Assembly (NCBI GenBank): GCA_000004695.1
Contig: CM000150.2
Span: forward strand, 4,128,001 to 4,192,000
Reading direction: 5' to 3'
Length of the DNA: 64,000 nucleotides
From: Dictyostelium discoideum
Lineage: Eukaryota
The notes below the pieces were generated by a model that ran no database searches, was not told where the DNA came from, and worked only from the letters and a program-made list of their open reading frames with translations. This document shows, piece by piece, positions 57,581 to 64,000 of this stretch; positions within the stretch are counted from its first letter, which is position 1, and each line of letters opens with the position of its first letter. A program made the position numbers and the translations under genes.

Positions 57581-57676
57581 TGGAGAAGAAGGGTATCGAT
57601 CCCTTTACCTTATGGAAATCTGATTATCGTTGCTGTTTATGCAAACCATACGCTCTACCATATGAGCTACATCCCC
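57581..57676 (-). tRNA. tRNA-Ala (anticodon UGC) with an apparent 23-nt intron in the anticodon loop. The intron is at about 57616-57638 on the plus strand.
   Basis: Minus-strand sequence: GGGGATGTAGCTCATATGGTAGAGCGTATGGTTTGCA[TAAACAGCAACGATAATCAGATT]TCCATAAGGTAAAGGGATCGATACCCTTCTTCTCCA. The acceptor has the G3:U70 Ala identity pair. D-stem GCTC/GAGC. Anticodon stem TATGG/CCATA around loop TTTGCAT (U33, A37). T-arm AAGGG-ATCGATA-CCCTT. The overall sequence closely resembles eukaryotic tRNA-Ala(UGC). There is one acceptor-stem mismatch (T6·T67). Confidence 0.6.
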
Positions 57677-59071
57677 ATTGACGAAATTTTTATTTTTTAT
57701 CTGTCAACCGGTTTTTTTATAAATTAAAATCTTCAAATTAAAATTTTTAAACCAATAATTAAAAATTTAATTAAATAAAAAAAATCATTTTTGCACATTT
57801 TATTTTTTTTAAATAATTTTATTTCTTTATTTAATTATAATTAAAATTTGTTTAGAAAAAAAATTTTATTGAAATATTTCTTTTGTTTTGAAAATTTTAG
57901 GAGGGAATGAAATGGTCATCTATTATCGTAATGTCATAGTGCATAGATAAATCTTTCCTTTCTCTGACACTAGTTAAATATTGATTATTTTTTTATTTCC
58001 CTTTGGATAGTATTGATATGATCATAATCTTTTCTAAATGATATAGTGCATAGATTAATCTTTCCTTTCTCTACCATTAGATTGGTTTTGGATAATTATC
58101 ATATTACTACATTTTGTTTAAAGGTAACAACTTTAAATTCTTTTTTCTATATTTAATTGTAAAATTAGAAAATTTAATTTTTTATTTATTTTTATTTTAA
58201 TTCTCTTTTTTTACCTTTTTTACCTTTTTTCTCTTTGATTCTAACTTTAATCTTTTAATTTCTTTGATTTTGAAATAATACTATTTCATTTTATTAGTTT
58301 AAATTCTTTTGTTTTAATTCTTTGGTTTGGAATGGAATGAAAAAAAAAAAAAAAAAAAAAAAAAGATCGATTTATACGCCAATAATTTTTTATTATTTTC
58401 GATTTCAAATTATTTTGATTTGCCCTTAAAAAAGGAATTTATACTTTTTTTTTTTCCATTTTTAATCAATCAAAAAATATTCTAAATTGGTAATTATTAG
58501 ATAATAAAAATGGTAAATATACCAAATAGTGAAATATTTATTATTTTATTATTTTTTTTTAATCTCCCCATGAAACATCCATCAACATTCAAATTATTTT
58601 AAAATTCCCACTCTAAAATTAAAAAATAAATAAAAAATAAATAAAAAATAAATAAATAAATAAAAAATAAATAAAAAATGAAATAAATTATAGGGATGTA
58701 ATAATAGATTTTTTTTTTCTTTTACCATTTTTTTTTTGTTTTATTTTATTTTTTTAATTTTGGTAATATAACTTCTCTGATTTTCTCCTCTATTATTTGA
58801 TATACCATCTGTGGGTATGGATGTTCAAATAATACACAAATTTCACCTATTCCATTACAAATATAACCAGCTGTTAAATTATTAATATTTATATATATCT
58901 ATATTCAAGGTGATTTTGGTGAAGAACTAGTTGATTTAATTAAAGGGAGATACCCATCTGTACCATTTTCTGAAATTTATTTCTTAAAAGATAAAAAGAA
59001 AGTTAAAGCAATATTAAATAAAATTTAAAGAATAGAGATGCAAAAAAAAAAAAGGAATTCCTTTTTTATTT

Positions 59072-60735
59072 TTATTTTTTTAAAATTGTAATTGTAATTG
59101 TTGATTGATTAATTGTATTTGAATTTGGTAAAATATAAATTAAATTTTTTTGAGGGATTGAAACAGTAGCAGTACCAGTTATAATATTTGTAGTGAAACC
59201 ATTTGGATAATAAATATCTTGATTTAAATAGATTTGAGTTGGTTGAGTGATGGTTGTATTGATGTTGTAAGAGAATGAGAAATCACTATTGGCAGGATTG
59301 AAGGACATTGATAATGGCACACCTGCAATTGCTTGAGCATAGGTACGAGAGAGGGCTGTAATTTTTGGAATGTCCAATTCACCATTTGGTAAATAGAGTG
59401 ATTCTGTTGAACCTGCAGTAGTGATATCATTGTAATACTTTAATTGCCAGTAAGTCCATGATTGTAAATATTTATCAGCTGAACCAGTTAGGTAATTCAA
59501 CATTTCAATTGAATTGGTTCCATTGGAGACTGCACCGAATTCTGTCATAAAGCCACCTCCACCAGTTTGTTTTAAATCTTTCATAGCGCTAACTAGAAAT
59601 ATGTCATCTTCTCCGTCGCAAACGTATTCATGACGTGGATTACCATCACGGTCGGTCGCACAATAGATATGATAGGATAATACTTGTCTATCATTGTATT
59701 GGACACCACCTGGTGTACCAGATGGGAAATAAGAATGAAACAAATCAGTCAATGCTTTTTCATAGTATACACAATGTTGATCATCCAATTCTCTAATGGC
59801 ATTATTCACTGCTTGATATAGTGGTAAAAGATTCTTTGAGTCTGCATAACCCAATTTAAGCAAATACTCTGGATTTTGGTAAATATCACCTCCCCATGGT
59901 TCATTAATAATTTCATAACCTAATACTGTATCATAGGATTTGAATGTGTTTACTACTTGTCTCCAGTAGTCAATGAATTTATCTTGAACACCATTAACAT
60001 TATCGTAAAGATTTTGAAATTCACGATTCACATCTTCACTAAAATAATATACTCCAAAATCTTTATTTAAACATTGATCTAATGATGGATAGGATTCATT
60101 ATTCTTTGGATATGAATGTGCAACTGGTGATGGGAAACTATCATTTGTATCATTGGATACTATCCAATCTGGAAGTCCTTCACCACAATACTTTCTTGAT
60201 AATAAATCTTGATGGAAATCAATCAGTGTATAAATTTCATTATCTTCCATCTCACTAACTAATTTTGACATTACATCTAAATAGGTTTGATTATATTCAT
60301 CTTTTACTGGTTCTACACCTGGCCACATTACACCCAATCTAACTGCATTAAATCCCCATTCAACTAAATTTTCAATATCTTGTGATGAAAATGATGTAAC
60401 TGGATCAAATCCTTCTAAACTTGGATGAAATGGTGGAATTTTCTATTTATAAATAAATAAAAAAAATAAAAAAAAAAAAATAAATAAAAATAGAAATTTT
60501 AATAAAAATTAAATATCTTAAAAAAAAAAAAAATAAAAAATTAAATATCTAAAAAAAAAAAAAAAAAAATACTTACATAAACAACATTTACACCATGAAA
60601 TAAACGAACTCTATTATATTGATCAATAAAAAATTGATTTGCTGGATTAACTTTAATTATTGCATTCACTATTGAAAATAAATTAATGAATGATAATAAA
60701 GTAATTGTTGTTATTATTTGTTTCTTTTTATTCAT
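59072..60735 (-). CDS. Secreted glycoside hydrolase family 5 protein (cellulase / endoglycoceramidase-like) of about 510 aa. The minus-strand exons are 60735..60577 and 60442..59072.
   Basis: Exon 1: MNKKKQIITTITLLSFINLFSIVNA..HGVNVVY, with donor GTAAGT. Exon 2: KIPPFHPSLEGFDPVTSFSSQDIENLVEWGFNAVRLGVMWPG... The protein contains 'GYEIINEPW', the GH5 catalytic-acid NEP motif. The phase-0 junction matches the ORF-track frames. Confidence 0.8.
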
Positions 60736-61202
60736 TTTTTACTTGGGTGGATAACTTTTTTAATTTTTTAATTTTTTTTATAATTTTTATTTTATTTTTT
60801 TTTTTTGTTTTTATTTTTTTTTTTTTTTTTTATTTTTTATTTCCCAAAGATATTTACCTTTTTTTATTTTTTCAAAATTTTTTATTTAGATATTTATTTT
60901 TTTGTCAGCCCACTTTTTTTTTTTTTAAAATTTCCACCACTATCATTGGTTTTTTTTTTTTTTTTTTTTTTTTAATTAAATACAAGCAACAGAGGTTTAG
61001 GTAATCACAATTATTAAACCCACAAACAGCACCAGAATTAGTTTTTTTTTTATAGTTGTCTCTTTCAAAATTAATTTTATTACTATTTTAATTTAAAAAT
61101 TACAACTTTTGTTTTGAAAATTAAATAAAAATATATATAATTAATAAAATAATGTGTGTTATTTAAATAAATTTATTTTTATTGTACAATTAAAATTTTT
61201 AT

Positions 61203-61916
61203 TTAATAAAATTCTTCTTTGATAACTAAATCATTTGACCATTGTTGAACGGCCCATTGATTCTTTTTAATACGATGTTCACCATACGTGAAATCCATAA
61301 ACATTTCATATGCTGTATTATTACCATCAACTAATAGTTTTAATAATTTTGCTTCATGGATTGTTGCATTATTTACAAAAGATTCTTCAGCTTTACGATT
61401 TGCAGCTTTACCAACACGATTAGTCGAATCACCTTTTTCATACATAATTATATCTTGATGATAGAATTTATCGAATACTTCTAAGATTTTATTATCTTGA
61501 ATACCTTTAATAATTGATTCTAAATTTGATTTGATATTAGTTGATGGTTCTGGAGTTGATGGTGTTTTAATTTCAATAAATTCTTCTTTAATTATTAAAC
61601 CATTTGACCATTGTTGGAATGCCCATTGACTCTTTTTGATACGATGTTCGCCATATGTGAAATCCATAAACATTTCATATGCTGTATTATCACCATCTAC
61701 GATTGTTTTTAATAATTTTGCTTCATGGATTGTTGCATTATTAACAAAGGATTCTTCAGCTTTACGATTTGCAGCTTTACCTACACGATTTGTTGAATCA
61801 CCATTTTCATACATTACAACTTCATCATGGTAATATTTATCGAATACCTCTAATATTTTATTATCTTGAATACCTTTAATGATTGCTTCTAAATTTGATT
61901 TAATATTTGATGACAT
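61203..61916 (-). CDS. Protein of 237 aa made of two tandem NTF2-like / SnoaL-like domains (copy 1 of a tandem gene pair).
   Basis: Each half (..NLEAIIKGIQDNKILEVFDKYYHDEVVMYENGDSTNRVGKAANRKAEESFVNNATIHEAKLLKTIVDGDNTAYEMFMDFTYGEHRIKKSQWAFQQWSNGLIIKEEF) has the length and hydrophobic pattern of the SnoaL/ketosteroid-isomerase-like fold. The two halves are about 85% identical. Confidence 0.6.
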   Translation of the reverse strand: MSSNIKSNLEAIIKGIQDNKILEVFDKYYHDEVVMYENGDSTNRVGKAANRKAEESFVNNATIHEAKLLKTIVDGDNTAYEMFMDFTYGEHRIKKSQWAFQQWSNGLIIKEEFIEIKTPSTPEPSTNIKSNLESIIKGIQDNKILEVFDKFYHQDIIMYEKGDSTNRVGKAANRKAEESFVNNATIHEAKLLKLLVDGNNTAYEMFMDFTYGEHRIKKNQWAVQQWSNDLVIKEEFY

Positions 61917-62436
61917 TTTATTTAATTATTTATTTATATTTAATTATTTATTTAACTATTTGTTCAATTTTTTATTTATTTAATTATTTATTTATTTAAT
62001 TAATTATTTATTTTATTTATTTGTTTAAAAATAAAAGAAAGAATTTTAATTTATTTTTGATTTTTTTTTAAATGAATGAATAATTTTTTTTTTTTTTACA
62101 TTTTATAGATTTTATTTTTATTTAAAACAAATAACTATCATTCTCAACTATTCTGGTGCTTGTCAATAAATTATAATAAAAAAAAAAAAAATAAACTCCA
62201 GAACATTATATTTTTTAAAAAATTTTTTATGGGATTTTTGAAATAACTTTGGAAAAAAAAAAAAAAAAAAATATTTTCACTTTTTTAATTTTTTTTTTAT
62301 TTATTTTTATTTTTATTTTAAAACAATATATTATAATATTACAATTGCAATTAATAGATAAAAAAAACATTTTATTTTTATAATAATGAATACATACAAA
62401 ACCAGAATTGTTAATAAAGACATCACCCAACAGAGA

Positions 62437-62560
62437 GGTACAGCAATTAAATCCAGTTATGTTCTACAAATGATACAATGTGTGTTGAATTTCCTAATTA
62501 AACACTCATTTTTAAATTATTGTTCATTTGTAGAACATAACTGGATTTGATTACTGTACC
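62437..62560. repeat. Near-perfect hairpin with a 37-bp stem (62437-62473 and 62524-62560, 2 mismatches) and a 50-nt loop, between the two NTF2-like genes.
   Basis: Arm 1: ggtacagcaattaaatccagttatgttctacaaatga. Reverse complement of arm 2: ggtacagtaatcaaatccagttatgttctacaaatga. Confidence 0.85.
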
Positions 62561-63195
62561 TGCAGCTGAGATTTTACACCCAAATAAATAATAATATTTT
62601 AAGTCATAATAATTCACAAAATCCACCAGAATTAATTTCTTCTTCCACCACAAATTCTCAATAATATCTCAGAATACTGGTGTTCCTTCTATTGATGAAA
62701 TTCTTAATCATTTCATCAGAAGAAGTACTTAATTTATTCAAATAAAGTTAAAAATAAAATTATATATTAAATTTTTAAATTTTTTTTTTTTTTTTTTTTT
62801 TTTTACACAAGCTGTTTGTTTGATCCAAAACAGGGCTGGTGTAACAATGATTTAAAATTGTTTTTAATATTAATTAAATACATAAAAATAGAGCACTCAC
62901 AAATACACAAAATGATATAAAATATTAAAAAAATGAATATGATCTTTTTTTTTATTTTTTGAATTTAATTACCATTTTTTGTAATTTATTTTATTTTGAG
63001 GAACAATTAAAGGAATTAATTAATTTTTTTAAACAAAAAACATAAAAAAAAAAAATAAAAAATATACCTCATTTAAAAAAAAAAAATAAATAATTAAAAA
63101 TAATCTATTTAATTAATAAGTTAAAAAAAATATGTATTCTTTGTGTTTAAAGTTTAAATTTTATTGTACATTTTTTTTTAAAAAAAAAAGTTTAT

Positions 63196-63909
63196 TTAAT
63201 AAAATTCTTCTTTGATAACTAAATCATTTGACCATTGTTGAACGGCCCATTGATTCTTTTTAATACGATGTTCACCATATGTGAAATCCATAAACATTTC
63301 ATATGCTGTGTTATTACCATCAACTAATAATTTTAATAATTTTGCTTCATGGATTGTTGCATTATTTACAAAAGATTCTTCAGCTTTACGATTTGCAGCT
63401 TTACCAACACGATTAGTCGAATCACCTTTTTCATACATAATTATATCTTGATGATAGAATTTATCGAATACTTCTAAGATTTTATTATCTTGAATACCTT
63501 TAATAATTGATTCTAAATTTGATTTGATATTAGTTGATGGTTCTGGAGTTGATGGTGTTTTAATCTCAACAAATTCTTCTTTAATTATTAAACCATTTGA
63601 CCATTGTTGGAATGCCCATTGACTCTTTTTGATACGATGTTCACCATATGTGAAATCCATAAACATTTCATATGCTGTATTATCACCATCTACGATTGTT
63701 TTTAATAGCTTTGCTTCATGGATTGTTGCATTATTAACAAAGGATTCTTCAGCTTTACGATTTGCAGCTTTACCTACACGGTTTGTTGAATCACCATTTT
63801 CATACATTACAATTTCATCATGATAGTATTTATCGAATACCTCTAATATTTTATTATCTTGAATACCTTTAATGATTGCTTCTAAATTTGATTTATTATT
63901 TGATGACAT
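63196..63909 (-). CDS. Second tandem copy of the double NTF2/SnoaL-like-domain gene (237 aa). It differs from copy 1 at 3 positions.
   Basis: The ORF-track translations are nearly identical (S4N/I, V33I, I114V). The flanking upstream DNA (63910-64000) also matches 61917-62000. Confidence 0.6.
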   Translation of the reverse strand: MSSNNKSNLEAIIKGIQDNKILEVFDKYYHDEIVMYENGDSTNRVGKAANRKAEESFVNNATIHEAKLLKTIVDGDNTAYEMFMDFTYGEHRIKKSQWAFQQWSNGLIIKEEFVEIKTPSTPEPSTNIKSNLESIIKGIQDNKILEVFDKFYHQDIIMYEKGDSTNRVGKAANRKAEESFVNNATIHEAKLLKLLVDGNNTAYEMFMDFTYGEHRIKKNQWAVQQWSNDLVIKEEFY

Positions 63910-64000
63910 TTTGTTTATTTAATTATTTATTTATTTAATTATTTATTTAACTATTTGTTTAATTTTTTATTTATTTGTTGATATTTTTTTAATGAATGAA

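Noticed and set aside
57506-57727. 73-aa plus-strand ORF overlapping the tRNA-Ala locus.
   Set aside because: It overlaps a well-folded tRNA gene on the opposite strand. It has an AT-rich, low-complexity product and no splice or start context.

Overview
The window is about 64 kb of very AT-rich eukaryotic nuclear DNA. Its character is that of a dictyostelid social amoeba (Dictyostelium discoideum-like). Protein coding is GC-richer than the surroundings and is broken by short AT-rich introns with GTAAGT/GTATGT donors and AG acceptors. Coding regions carry long in-frame (AAT)n, (CAA)n and (ACA/CCA)n tracts that give poly-Asn, poly-Gln and Thr-Pro runs. Three tRNA genes each sit next to retroelement fragments, and two of them have an extra B-box about 35 bp downstream. 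Prokaryotic categories such as CRISPR, operons, RBS or rho-independent terminators do not apply. The six-frame ORF track appears to call TTG/GTG as 'M', so several of its ORF starts are exon-internal. I support about 17 protein-coding genes, listed here 5'->3'. (1) A partial Asn-rich ORF on the minus strand at the left edge. (2) A 3-exon pepsin-like aspartic protease with two DTG motifs. (3) A 4-exon, roughly 1,400-aa low-complexity protein ending in a canonical response-regulator receiver domain, with no recognisable histidine-kinase domain. (4) A C2 + arrestin-like + SAM protein of AdcB/AdcC architecture. (5) Family 1 of secreted, Ser/Asn-rich, possibly beta-helical proteins. This has one 2-exon gene, one roughly 1,950-aa gene that is an in-frame head-to-tail fusion of two family modules, and one 3' pseudogene fragment truncated by a PIF/Harbinger-type DDE transposase remnant. 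(6) Family 2, two 5-exon genes encoding secreted proteins of about 1,137 aa each. They lie in a roughly 5-kb tandem duplication whose 3' exon is more than 99% identical between copies, with a third orphan copy of the upstream non-coding module. (7) A large C2-domain protein with a long helical C-terminal region (roughly 1,500 aa, 4 exons). (8) A small C2 protein with an Asn/Gln-rich N-terminus. (9) A 1,258-aa Gln/Asn-rich protein. (10) A secreted PLD-superfamily protein with two HKD motifs. (11) A Gln/Asn-rich hypothetical protein. (12) A secreted GH5 glycoside hydrolase. (13) Two tandemly duplicated genes, each encoding two NTF2/SnoaL-like domains. The mobile DNA is concentrated around a tRNA-Lys(UUU) gene at 30870-30942 on the minus strand. 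On its 5' side, starting exactly 48 bp upstream, is a serial array of TRE5 (DRE)-like non-LTR retrotransposon pieces. The array holds a 3.5-copy, 198-bp A-module-like tandem repeat and four poly(A)-terminated 3' ends, and each junction repeats the same target-site sequence 'ttgatcgttatat'. On the tRNA's 3' side, just past the ex-B box, lies a 5'-truncated TRE3-like element with its own poly(A). A tRNA-Ile(AAU) at 35571-35643 and a tRNA-Ala(UGC) at 57581-57676 are also present; the tRNA-Ala carries an apparent 23-nt intron. Other structures are a 37-bp-stem hairpin between the NTF2-like duplicates, a roughly 50-bp-arm inverted repeat upstream of the small C2 gene, and several homopolymer runs of 40-70 nt.
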